Numbered from the stretch's first letter, positions 7,562-16,004 are shown. The stretch: 16,786 bases of DNA from Candidatus Thorarchaeota archaeon (GCA_046758445.1 JBHIAE010000058.1:1-16786); one strand, 5' to 3'. The notes: a model not told the origin generated them from the sequence alone. Program-made: numbers and translations.

Positions 7562-8950
7562 CTACACCATCTTTCTAGGATCCAATAGCTCATCTAGGTC
7601 ACCTTCGATCTCGATCTTCATCTCGACAACAGTTTCCTTCACAGTCTTCCCAGTCGAATATGCACGTTTTGCGACTTCCGCTGCCTGGTCGTAGCCGATG
7701 ACTGGCGAAAGTCGAGTCACTATCATTAGACTTCTTTCCAACTGACGCTCAATGGATTCCTGATTGACCTTGATGCCGTTTAGGCAGTTGTCGACAAATG
7801 ACACTATTCCGTTTGAGAGAAGCTGTACTGCGTCCAAGACATTGACTATCATCACAGGTTTGGCGACATTTAGGTCCAATAGGCTTCCCTGACTCTCGGC
7901 AAAGACAACAACAGCATCATAACCTATGACCTGTGTGCACACCTGAACAAGTGCCTCCGACTGGGTTGGATTTACCTTTCCCGGCATGATAGAAGAACCT
8001 GGCTCGTTTTGAGGGAGAATGAGCTCTCCAAGACCAGCACGAGGTCCGCTACCCATCAATCGAATGTCGTTTGCCATCTTTAGACAAGAGAGAGCAATCT
8101 GTCTGATGCTTGCGCTCAGTCGAACCATTGCCCGGTGGGTCGCTATCCCCTCGGCTTTCACGGGATGAGTCCGAATCGGCATCTGTGTGATTTTGCCGAG
8201 GTGCTCAACGACCTTCTCTGCAAAGCCCTTAGGAGCATTGAGGCCAGTACCGAGTGCCGTACCACCAATCGGCACAACTCCCAATTCATCGTGAACTCTT
8301 CGGAGTTCATCCAGATTGGCAATCATTTGCGATCTGTAGACTTCAAGTTCTGTTGAGAGTTGTATGGGAACCGCATCCTGTAGGTGAGTTCGTCCAACCT
8401 TGACAACTCCTTCGAACTCTGTGACCTTGTTCTTCAGGCTCGCTAGAAGATGCTCCAAAGCGGGTATTATCCTGGTCGCGACAGCCTCCAGCGCTGCAAC
8501 GTGCATGGCTGTCGGTATCACGTCATTAGAAGACTGCGACCGATTCACGTGGTCGTTGGGATGTACTGGGGAATTGCTTCCTCGGGGATGTCCAAGAATC
8601 TCGTTGGCTCGGTTAGCCAAGACCTCGTTCATGTTCATATTCGACTGGGTGCCTGAGCCTGTCTGGAAGATGTCGACAGGGAACTGGTCAAGCATCTCAT
8701 GCTCTACGATTAGCTCCTCAGCTGCTTGGTCGATGGCCTTCCCAAGCTCAGGCTCGATCTCGCCGAGTTCCATATTGGCTAGGACACAGGCCTTCTTCAC
8801 CTTGCCCAAAGCCAGAACGAAGTCCTTTGGCATCTGCCTTCCGCTAATCTTGAAGTTCTCTATCGCGCGTTGGGTGGCGATTCCCCAATATGCATCTTCA
8901 GGCACATCCACCTCTCCAAGAGAGTCCTTCTCCTTTCGTGAGTGTTTCAT
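7562..8950 (-). CDS. fumC: Fumarate hydratase class II
   Basis: FQTGSGTQSNMNMNEV, HPNDHVN.SQSSND, KVGRTHLQDA, signature GSSIMPGKVNP. Start MKHSRKEKDSLG follows an AGGTGG SD. Confidence 0.96.
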   Translation of the reverse strand: MKHSRKEKDSLGEVDVPEDAYWGIATQRAIENFKISGRQMPKDFVLALGKVKKACVLANMELGEIEPELGKAIDQAAEELIVEHEMLDQFPVDIFQTGSGTQSNMNMNEVLANRANEILGHPRGSNSPVHPNDHVNRSQSSNDVIPTAMHVAALEAVATRIIPALEHLLASLKNKVTEFEGVVKVGRTHLQDAVPIQLSTELEVYRSQMIANLDELRRVHDELGVVPIGGTALGTGLNAPKGFAEKVVEHLGKITQMPIRTHPVKAEGIATHRAMVRLSASIRQIALSCLKMANDIRLMGSGPRAGLGELILPQNEPGSSIMPGKVNPTQSEALVQVCTQVIGYDAVVVFAESQGSLLDLNVAKPVMIVNVLDAVQLLSNGIVSFVDNCLNGIKVNQESIERQLERSLMIVTRLSPVIGYDQAAEVAKRAYSTGKTVKETVVEMKIEIEGDLDELLDPRKMV

Positions 8951-8979
8951 TATCATCCACCTAGATTCGTGCAAGGCAA

Positions 8980-9846
8980 TCAGAGAACTAGCTCGTCAAT
9001 AATGGCCTGAACCTCTTTCAGACTCGTCTGGTGATCTCTGAGGCGGCCATCCTCTGGAAGTGCTAGACCATCAGCAAGGACTGGAGCCTCCACCTTGTAA
9101 AAGACACCAATGGGTATCTTGTCACTATTGCTAAAGGCCTTCTCAAGTGCTTGCAGTTTGTTCGTTGTGTCGTGCCCATTGTCTTGGAGCGAGTAGGTAT
9201 GTTCATTGTAGAACTTCCATGTAAGTTTCCGATTCCATGTTTGGCAGGGTTGTAGAATGTCTACAACGGCGAAGCCCTTGTGCTTGACCGCTTCGACCAT
9301 CAGGGACGTAAGGAGTTTCTGATTGCCAGAGAACCCTCGAGCAGCGAAGGTCGCACCTCCTGCGACTGCCAGAGTCACGGGGTTCACCGGATCCATCGGT
9401 GCACCAGCCGTAGGCGGTGAGGTTCTGGAAACATAACCCCTTGGAGCAGAAGGCGAGAACTGCCCTTTTGTAAGACCCATCACACCGTTGTTGTGAATGA
9501 GGACGGTCATATCCACATTGCGCCGCGCAGCATGCAGTAGATGTCCCAGCCCTTCTCCGAGAGTGTCACCGTCACCAACATGCACAATGACCTTCAAGTC
9601 GAGATTCGCAAGGTGAGCACCCTCTCCGACTGGGATTGACCTTCCGTGAAGATTGTGGATTCCATTGAGATTGATGTAGTGTGGTATCTTACTACCACAG
9701 CCGATTCCCGTCACGAGCAGGAATTCATGTTGGGGGATTCCAAGTTCGATGACAGCGTTCTTCAGTGCCGCCAGTATTCCGAAATTACCACATCCAGTGC
9801 ACCATGTGACTTTCTGGACACCTTCAAGGTCTTCTTTTGTTGTCAT
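8980..9846 (-). CDS. korB: 2-oxoacid:ferredoxin oxidoreductase subunit beta
   Basis: WCTGCG, GIGC, LHGR, TPP-binding GDGD...NN, GLTKGQFSP, QPC. ATGA overlap with the alpha-subunit stop. Substrate specificity is not established. Confidence 0.93.
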   Translation of the reverse strand: MTTKEDLEGVQKVTWCTGCGNFGILAALKNAVIELGIPQHEFLLVTGIGCGSKIPHYINLNGIHNLHGRSIPVGEGAHLANLDLKVIVHVGDGDTLGEGLGHLLHAARRNVDMTVLIHNNGVMGLTKGQFSPSAPRGYVSRTSPPTAGAPMDPVNPVTLAVAGGATFAARGFSGNQKLLTSLMVEAVKHKGFAVVDILQPCQTWNRKLTWKFYNEHTYSLQDNGHDTTNKLQALEKAFSNSDKIPIGVFYKVEAPVLADGLALPEDGRLRDHQTSLKEVQAIIDELVL

Positions 9847-11561
9847 TTGATGCCTGCCTCCTTGAGATGATTGACGATGTAGGAAGCCGTCATCGGTCTC
9901 CCATCGTATTTGTTGACGTGCAGATCCACTTCAAGACCAGACTCCATCCGTACAAGCCTCGCAAATTGAGAAGTAGCGTTCTGCTCTACTGCTACGACCT
10001 TCTTTGCTTCACTGAAGACCTCTCTGAGAGTTTCAGTGCGAAGTGGATACACATCGCAGAAGTGAAGCTGGTTGATTGACACTCCTTTGTCCGACAGGAT
10101 ATTCGTGGCCTCGTATGCTGCGCCCCATGTGGAGCCCCAGGTCAGAAGAGTCGTATCGGCCCCTCTACCTCCATAGACAGCTGGAGGATTCATAACCCTG
10201 AGGATGTGTGGAATCTTGTTGAGCAACTTCTCGACCATTGCAGTCCTCATGTCAGCGTCTTCAGTGATATGGCCATCTTCAAAGTGAACGTTCCCTGATG
10301 CAACGACGATCTTCCCCTGGTCCCCAGGGAATGCTCTTGGTGAAACCCCATCGTCCGTCAGTTCATACCTGTTGTATGGTTTCTTCGCTGTCCCCGTAGA
10401 TAACACACCTGTGTCAATCTTCACCTCAGAAACGTCGATTCGAGCCACGTTCATCACAGAGTCTGCGAAGTACTGATCTCCAAGAATCATCACTGGGACC
10501 TGAAACCTGTCAGCGAGATTGAACGCTCGAGCTGCAACTTCGAATGCCTCAAGAGGATCCTTCGGGGCGAGCATGATTCTAGGGAACTCGCCTTGGCTTG
10601 CGTGAAGCATGAACAGAAGGTCGCCTTGCTCAGTTCTTGTTGGCAGACCCGTGCTGGGACCTGGTCTCTGTGCATTGTATATGACAACCGGAGTTTCAGT
10701 CATGGCCGCTAGTCCCAAAGCCTCAACCATCAGAGAGAATCCACCGCCTGAGGTGGTCACCATCGAACGCGTGCCTGCCACTGATGCTCCTATGGCCATG
10801 CAGAGAGCTGAAATCTCATCCTCGGTTTGAATGGTGCCAATTCTTAGGCGATCCGCATTTGCTACGACGTCCTGAAAGAATGCGGTTGATGGGCTCATGG
10901 GATATGCTGAAATCCATTTCAAGTTGGCCGCCATGGCACCCAAGGCTAGAGCCCGGTTGCCCGTCAACATGAGCCTGTCCTTACTCGGGCCTTTCTTCAT
11001 TGTGCTCAAGTCGTGTTTGCAGAAGCCTCCCCAGTTTTCCGTCGCATAATCATAGAGAGTCTTTGCAACACTGACATTCCCTGATACGACCTTCGCCCCT
11101 TTTCTCTCGAAAATGGCTCCGAGTGCATCTTCAGCTAGTTTGAATGGGTATCTCAGAATTGAGAGTACGCTACCAAGCGCCGCAGCATTCGTCATTCTGA
11201 CATCGCCGGCAACTTCCTTGGCGGTCTTCTGCAGGGGTGCGATGAAATGACACTCCTCCAAGTCCTCAAACTCGATAGTATCATCAAAGATGATGACACC
11301 CCCCTCAGAAAGTTGGGACCGCTTGTTGACAACCGCATCTCTAGAGAGTGCAACTATTACGTCTAGGTCGTCGACTGGGGCGTGAATAGGAGCATCTGAA
11401 ACTCTTGTCTGGGCGAAGTTGTAGCCGCCTCTTATTCTGGATTCAAAGTCTTTGATTGTGAAAGTGTAGAAACCCGAGTTCACGAATACCTGAGTGAGAA
11501 GGTCTCCGATGGTGTCGATCCCTTGGCCAGCCTCTCCGCCTATGTTGAATGTGATGTCCAA
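9843..11561 (-). CDS. korA: 2-oxoacid:ferredoxin oxidoreductase subunit alpha (gamma-alpha fusion)
   Basis: GGEAGQG and ESRIRGG (gamma domain); AYPMSPS, QTEDEI, TSGGGFSLM, QRPGPSTGLPTRTEQGD, WGST, VEQN. TTG start with GGGAGG SD at 11570-11575. Confidence 0.94.
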   Translation of the reverse strand: MDITFNIGGEAGQGIDTIGDLLTQVFVNSGFYTFTIKDFESRIRGGYNFAQTRVSDAPIHAPVDDLDVIVALSRDAVVNKRSQLSEGGVIIFDDTIEFEDLEECHFIAPLQKTAKEVAGDVRMTNAAALGSVLSILRYPFKLAEDALGAIFERKGAKVVSGNVSVAKTLYDYATENWGGFCKHDLSTMKKGPSKDRLMLTGNRALALGAMAANLKWISAYPMSPSTAFFQDVVANADRLRIGTIQTEDEISALCMAIGASVAGTRSMVTTSGGGFSLMVEALGLAAMTETPVVIYNAQRPGPSTGLPTRTEQGDLLFMLHASQGEFPRIMLAPKDPLEAFEVAARAFNLADRFQVPVMILGDQYFADSVMNVARIDVSEVKIDTGVLSTGTAKKPYNRYELTDDGVSPRAFPGDQGKIVVASGNVHFEDGHITEDADMRTAMVEKLLNKIPHILRVMNPPAVYGGRGADTTLLTWGSTWGAAYEATNILSDKGVSINQLHFCDVYPLRTETLREVFSEAKKVVAVEQNATSQFARLVRMESGLEVDLHVNKYDGRPMTASYIVNHLKEAGIK

Positions 11562-11602
11562 TAGTTATTCCTCCCAAGTTGATCATGAATCCAAGTAGTC
11601 TA

Positions 11603-11618
11603 CGAGAGTTGACTCTCG
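11603..11618. promoter_or_regulatory. Inverted repeat CGAGAGT-TG-ACTCTCG upstream of korA (candidate operator)
   Basis: Perfect 7-bp arms with a 2-nt spacer, about 42-57 nt upstream of the korA start. Confidence 0.4.
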
Positions 11619-11768
11619 CTTATCTTCTTTACTTCATAGCACCAAGAGAGTGACAGTGTCTTGAGTACATGCCATTGCTGGTTTCACGCCGAGTCGACAA
11701 ATACTGACAACCAGAGTAACCGAGGTCGAATCTGAGATGTATTTTGTCGCGAAACAACGTCATTCCTG

Positions 11769-12206
11769 CTAGGCTGTAACAATGAGAACCCACTTCCCCC
11801 AAAGATGGTTAGTGTCTGCCGTGCCTAAACCAGCCTTTGGATGGGAATGCTGGGTCATGTTGGTCCTTAAGGGAGCAGAGGAATGAATCGCAACGTATCC
11901 TCCCACACTCAACGTGAGATTCTCGACTGCGTAATCGGCGAACGTAATTTGGAAGTAGACAACATGCGGCATATCAGTAACTTGGAAAGGATATGTCGAA
12001 TAGAGATATGTGAAATTGACACCGTGGAAGACCACCGAGTACGTCGCATTAGAATTCGGGTCTTGGACTCCACTGATGTAACATAAACCACAGTCCGGTA
12101 CCACGCCCACTCCAAGGTACATAGGGTTAATCACAAGAAGACCGACTACTAGAACTGCGAGGACTGAAACGACAACTGCGATGCCCCGACGCCTGTCAAT
12201 GACCAT
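11769..12206 (-). CDS. Hypothetical exported or membrane-anchored protein
   Basis: Basic N-terminus DRRRG followed by a ~20-aa hydrophobic helix, a CGLC motif, four N-x-T sequons and a beta-rich body. Confidence 0.7.
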   Translation of the reverse strand: MVIDRRRGIAVVVSVLAVLVVGLLVINPMYLGVGVVPDCGLCYISGVQDPNSNATYSVVFHGVNFTYLYSTYPFQVTDMPHVVYFQITFADYAVENLTLSVGGYVAIHSSAPLRTNMTQHSHPKAGLGTADTNHLWGKWVLIVTA

Positions 12207-12279
12207 TCGTCAATCATGTGCCATTCCTACTTCTCCTCAATTGGACTTTGTGCTCCCAAGGACGGGTTGTTTGGTAAGC

Positions 12280-12285
12280 TTTAAA
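12280..12285 (+). promoter_or_regulatory. Putative TATA box (TTTAAA) of the thermosome gene
   Basis: Canonical archaeal TTTAAA about 90 nt upstream of the ATG, in a divergent intergenic region. Confidence 0.6.
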
Positions 12286-12314
12286 TGCGGAACCCATGCA
12301 GACTTTTCCCGTAG

Positions 12315-12335
12315 GCACATGTGAAGTACATGTGC
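12315..12335. promoter_or_regulatory. Inverted repeat GCACATGT-N5-ACATGTGC in the thermosome leader
   Basis: Perfect 8-bp arms, about 30 nt downstream of the TATA box. Confidence 0.45.
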
Positions 12336-12373
12336 AGTTTTATCATTCAAACAACCATTAGGGGAAAACAAGA

Positions 12374-14047
12374 ATGGCACATATAGGTAGCGGGGGCACC
12401 ACCCCCGTCATAATCCTGAAGGAAGGCACTTCACGCACAAGAGGCAGGTCAGCACAGTCTAACAACATCATGGCTGGCATTGTCATCTCTGATGCAGTGA
12501 AGTCCACACTTGGACCACGCGGAATGGACAAGATGCTTGTTGACTCCCTCGGTGATGTCACTATCACAAACGACGGTGCATCCATCCTGAAGGAGATTGA
12601 CGTTCAGCATCCTGCTGCCAAGATGCTTGTCGAAGTTGCCAAGAGTCAAGATCAGGAAACCGGTGACGGAACGACCACCGCGGTCGTTATTGCAGGTGAG
12701 CTTCTCAAGAGAGCCCAAGACTTGCTTGAGAAGAGGATTCATCCAACCATCATTGTTGGAGGGTATCAGAAAGCTGCTGATGAAGCAACCAAGATCCTGA
12801 AGAACATCTCGATAACAATGGATGACAAGGACAAGAAGATCCTTAGAAACATTGCAGATACCTCGATGAACAGCAAGTCTATCGTCGGCGCCAAGGAGCA
12901 CTTCTCTAAGATTGCCGTGGAAGCAGTTCTGCAGGTGGCCGAAGCTGCTGACGGCGGTGTAAAAGCTGACATCGAGATGGTTGAGATAGTCAAGAAGCAG
13001 GGCAAGAGTCTCACCGAAACTGAGCTCGTCAAAGGCATGGTGATTGACAAAGAGGTTGTTCACGCGGCAATGCCCAGAAGGGTCGAGAAGGCCAAGATTG
13101 CTCTAGTGAACACGGCGATTGAGGTTGAGAAGACCGAGTTCGACGCAGAGATTAAGATTGACAGTCCGGACCAAATCAAGGCATTCCTCGATGAAGAGGA
13201 GAGAATGCTGAAGAACATGGTGGACAAGATTATCGAGAGTGGAGCCAACGTCCTTGTCTGTCAGAAGGGTGTGGATGATGTCGCTCAACACTTCTTGGCC
13301 AAGGCCGGAGTCTTGACAATCCGCAGGGCAAAGAAGAGCACACTAGAGAAGCTGGCTAAGGCCAGTGGAGGCAAGATAGCGACCAGCCTAGATGAGCTGG
13401 ACGCTGACTACCTTGGTGATGCGGGCCTAGTGGAAGAGGTCAAGATTGGTGACGACAAGCTGGTCTACATCAGAAACTGCAAGGATCCGAAGGCTGTATC
13501 CGTGGTCATCCGCGGAGGCACCGAACATGTCGTTGATGAGGCAGACAGGGCCCTACATGATGCATTGTCCGTTGTGAGAAACGTTGTCGAGGACGGCACC
13601 TACGTTGCTGGGGGCGGCTCAACTGAGGCTGAAATCGCCAAGAGGCTTGAGTCCTTCGCTAACAAAGTAGGTGGACGCGAACAGCTTGCCATTGAGGCGT
13701 TTGCGGAGTCTCTTCGTATCGTTCCAAAGACACTGGCCGAGAATGGTGGCCACGACCCTATTGACATCATTGCTGATCTCAACAAGGATCACGCAAAAGA
13801 CACTGGCCTATGGCACGGTGTCGATGTTCTGAAAGGCAAGAGTGTTGACATGATCAAGGCTGGAGTCATAGAGCCCTCTCGCGTCAAGAAACAGGCCATC
13901 CGTTCAGCAGCCGAGGCTGCACAGATGATACTCAGAATCGATGATGTTATCGCAGCAAAAGCTGGTCCACCTCCGGGTGCCGAAGGGCCACCACCAGGCG
14001 GGATGGGCGGCATGGGTGGAATGGGCGGAATGCCCGGCATGATGTAG
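12374..14047 (+). CDS. ths: Thermosome subunit (group II chaperonin)
   Basis: STLGPRGMDKML, ITNDGASIL, GDGTTT, CQKGVDD, VAGGG, ILRIDDVI and a C-terminal Pro/GGM tail. Confidence 0.98.
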   Translation: MAHIGSGGTTPVIILKEGTSRTRGRSAQSNNIMAGIVISDAVKSTLGPRGMDKMLVDSLGDVTITNDGASILKEIDVQHPAAKMLVEVAKSQDQETGDGTTTAVVIAGELLKRAQDLLEKRIHPTIIVGGYQKAADEATKILKNISITMDDKDKKILRNIADTSMNSKSIVGAKEHFSKIAVEAVLQVAEAADGGVKADIEMVEIVKKQGKSLTETELVKGMVIDKEVVHAAMPRRVEKAKIALVNTAIEVEKTEFDAEIKIDSPDQIKAFLDEEERMLKNMVDKIIESGANVLVCQKGVDDVAQHFLAKAGVLTIRRAKKSTLEKLAKASGGKIATSLDELDADYLGDAGLVEEVKIGDDKLVYIRNCKDPKAVSVVIRGGTEHVVDEADRALHDALSVVRNVVEDGTYVAGGGSTEAEIAKRLESFANKVGGREQLAIEAFAESLRIVPKTLAENGGHDPIDIIADLNKDHAKDTGLWHGVDVLKGKSVDMIKAGVIEPSRVKKQAIRSAAEAAQMILRIDDVIAAKAGPPPGAEGPPPGGMGGMGGMGGMPGMM

Positions 14048-14066
14048 AGGAGAACTTACAGATTCG

Positions 14067-14098
14067 GGAGCCCTAGTGGCTCCTGTCCCTCTTATTTT
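14067..14098 (+). terminator. Possible hairpin plus pyrimidine/U-rich tract after the thermosome gene
   Basis: GGAGCC-ctagt-GGCTCC stem-loop followed by tgtccctcttatttt. Confidence 0.35.
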
Positions 14099-14114
14099 CG
14101 GGAGACCCGCTTGC

Positions 14115-14966
14115 ATGGCAAGGCGCGTACTGCTTGTTGGCATGAACACATTCGACTCCGGCAAGACAACATACGCAAAGCTTGCTGCAGAGTCGGTCAG
14201 CGAGTCTGGCTCATCGGTTGAGTACTTCAAGCCGCTGAGTGCACACAACTACTGGTATAGTTACTCCCACACTCAGTCCTGTCTCAAACGAGAGATGCTG
14301 TTCTCCTACGATGTGGCAACCGTCAGGGGTGTCATCGGGTCAAAGGTACATGAGTACGTTTCAAATCCTGTTCACAGAATGTACGCTCCCACTATTTCAG
14401 AGAGACCCTTCTCAGGTGTCGTCAGCACATTGGGCCTAGCTGGATGGGACTCGGTCATCTCGATGCAGCGTTTCAGCACACCAGATGAGTCAGGTGTGGT
14501 TTCGACAACACTCGTCGCTGAGGCCTTGATTGAAGAAGGAGGACTGATACTGACCTCCGAAGAAGCTGACAGACTGATGAGAGGAACAAAGAAGATGGGG
14601 GTTTCATCCTTCGAGGAGATTAGAGAGTTTGAGAATGCCCACTATGAGGAGTACGTTTCAGATGCTTTCAGCGCTGTAGAGAATGTTGCAGACCTTGTCA
14701 TCATTGAGTCATTCAATGATACAGTTTGGACATGGGAAGGACTTGACCATGTGGACATCGCACTCGTCATCGGCCCGGGACAAGTCTTTCAGTACGATCC
14801 GAAACGACTGAGGAAAGCTGCCTTACTCAAAAGACGTTCCAACATGCCGATCAGGGAGGTTACCTTCAACCGCATAGCTGATCTAGTAAAACCATTGAAA
14901 CATGAGGCATGGTCGCGTGAAGGGTTGAGAAGCAATGGCGTATTGGCTGAGTTGGTGTCAAAGTGA
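14115..14966 (+). CDS. Uncharacterised archaeal P-loop ATPase/GTPase (COG4028-like, BioD/CobQ-like SIMIBI fold)
   Basis: N-terminal VLLVGMNTFDSGKTT Walker A, YFKP motif as in dethiobiotin synthetase-like proteins, HNYWY, NPVHR, and Walker-B-like LVIIESFND. Start re-called to ATG 14115. Confidence 0.75.
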   Translation: MARRVLLVGMNTFDSGKTTYAKLAAESVSESGSSVEYFKPLSAHNYWYSYSHTQSCLKREMLFSYDVATVRGVIGSKVHEYVSNPVHRMYAPTISERPFSGVVSTLGLAGWDSVISMQRFSTPDESGVVSTTLVAEALIEEGGLILTSEEADRLMRGTKKMGVSSFEEIREFENAHYEEYVSDAFSAVENVADLVIIESFNDTVWTWEGLDHVDIALVIGPGQVFQYDPKRLRKAALLKRRSNMPIREVTFNRIADLVKPLKHEAWSREGLRSNGVLAELVSK

Positions 14967-15032
14967 ATTGCTCCAAACAAGAATTAAGTACACCTCCGGG
15001 GAAGTCAATCTTTAGCCAGAGGAAGAACCAAA

Positions 15033-15974
15033 ATGACTGAGAACCTAGACTGGGAGCTTGCAGTAGTGGGTGGCGGTCCCGCCGGAATGACCGCGGCAAT
15101 CTACGCTTCTCGTTACGGCTTGAAGACGATTCTCCTAGAATCAAAGGTGCTCGGTGGCGCACAAGCGACCAGTCCGGGGATTGAGAACTACCCTGGGTAC
15201 GCCTTCATAACTGGAATAGAACTGGCAGAGAAGATGAAGGAGCAAGTAAGGAAAAGTGGGGCAACGATAAAGGAAATCACTGAAGTTCGCGGTATCAACC
15301 GTGATGACAACGGGAGCTTTCTCTTGGACACGAGACGGGGAGTCTACAACGCGCAGGCAGTTGTTTGGGCGACAGGCGGTGGGCACAAGAAGTTGGGTGT
15401 GCCTGGGGAGGAGGAGCTGACAGGGAAAGGAGTTTCGTATTGCGCAACATGCGATGGTCCGTTGTTCAGAAACAAGACGCTAGCTGTTGTAGGAGGAGGT
15501 AATACTGCGGTCACTGAAGCCCTATACCTTTCTGAACTCACAGAGAAGATGTACCTCATTCATAGAAGGGACCGTCTACGCGCTGAACACATCATACAAC
15601 AGATGCTCTTTGACACACACGTAGAAATCCTTTGGGACCATGTTGTCAAAGAGTTCCAAGGCGAAGACCTACTCAAGAGCATAATCATTGAGAATGTGAA
15701 GACAGGCGTTCAGAGATCCCTTGTTGTCGATGGAGCATTTGTTGCCCTCGGATCAGATCCGGAGAGCAAGCTTGTGAAGCCTCTAGACGTTGCGATGAAC
15801 AAGCAGGGCGAGATCTATACAGACGGGCAACAGAAGACGAACGTCCCAGGCTTGTTTGCCGCTGGCGATGTGGTTGAATCCCTGAAGCAGATTGTAGTTG
15901 CAGCCGGACAGGGAGCCATAGCGGCAGATTCTGCTTACAAGTATATTCGGGATGTTGCGCGTGGTCCGATATGA
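15033..15974 (+). CDS. trxB: Thioredoxin-disulfide reductase (low-Mr, NADPH-dependent)
   Basis: GGGPAG FAD motif, IENYPG, GVSYCATCDG redox centre, GGGNTA, HRRDRLRA NADPH-binding motif, TNVPGLFAAGD. Confidence 0.96.
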   Translation: MTENLDWELAVVGGGPAGMTAAIYASRYGLKTILLESKVLGGAQATSPGIENYPGYAFITGIELAEKMKEQVRKSGATIKEITEVRGINRDDNGSFLLDTRRGVYNAQAVVWATGGGHKKLGVPGEEELTGKGVSYCATCDGPLFRNKTLAVVGGGNTAVTEALYLSELTEKMYLIHRRDRLRAEHIIQQMLFDTHVEILWDHVVKEFQGEDLLKSIIIENVKTGVQRSLVVDGAFVALGSDPESKLVKPLDVAMNKQGEIYTDGQQKTNVPGLFAAGDVVESLKQIVVAAGQGAIAADSAYKYIRDVARGPI

Positions 15975-16004
15975 CCTCACTCAGGACCCCACCTGGCTTC
16001 TGAC

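Noticed and set aside
8400-9002. 200-aa plus-strand ORF opposite fumC
   Set aside because: Antisense shadow of a well-conserved gene; Ser-rich and without motifs.
11690-11750. C/D-box sRNA or SECIS (two CTGA boxes in the hairpin)
   Set aside because: No RUGAUGA C box at the right spacing, the helix geometry does not fit a SECIS, and no in-frame UGA selenoprotein candidate is nearby.
12449-13063. 204-aa minus-strand ORF inside the thermosome, plus other short nested ORFs in the track
   Set aside because: Antisense or alternate-frame shadows expected from codon bias; no recognisable domains.
13996-14044. GGM-coding short repeats at the thermosome 3' end
   Set aside because: Ordinary chaperonin Gly-Gly-Met tail.
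15960-16004. Selenocysteine read-through at the trxB TGA
   Set aside because: This is a complete low-Mr TrxR with CATC; there is no Gly-Cys-Sec-Gly context and no recognisable SECIS.
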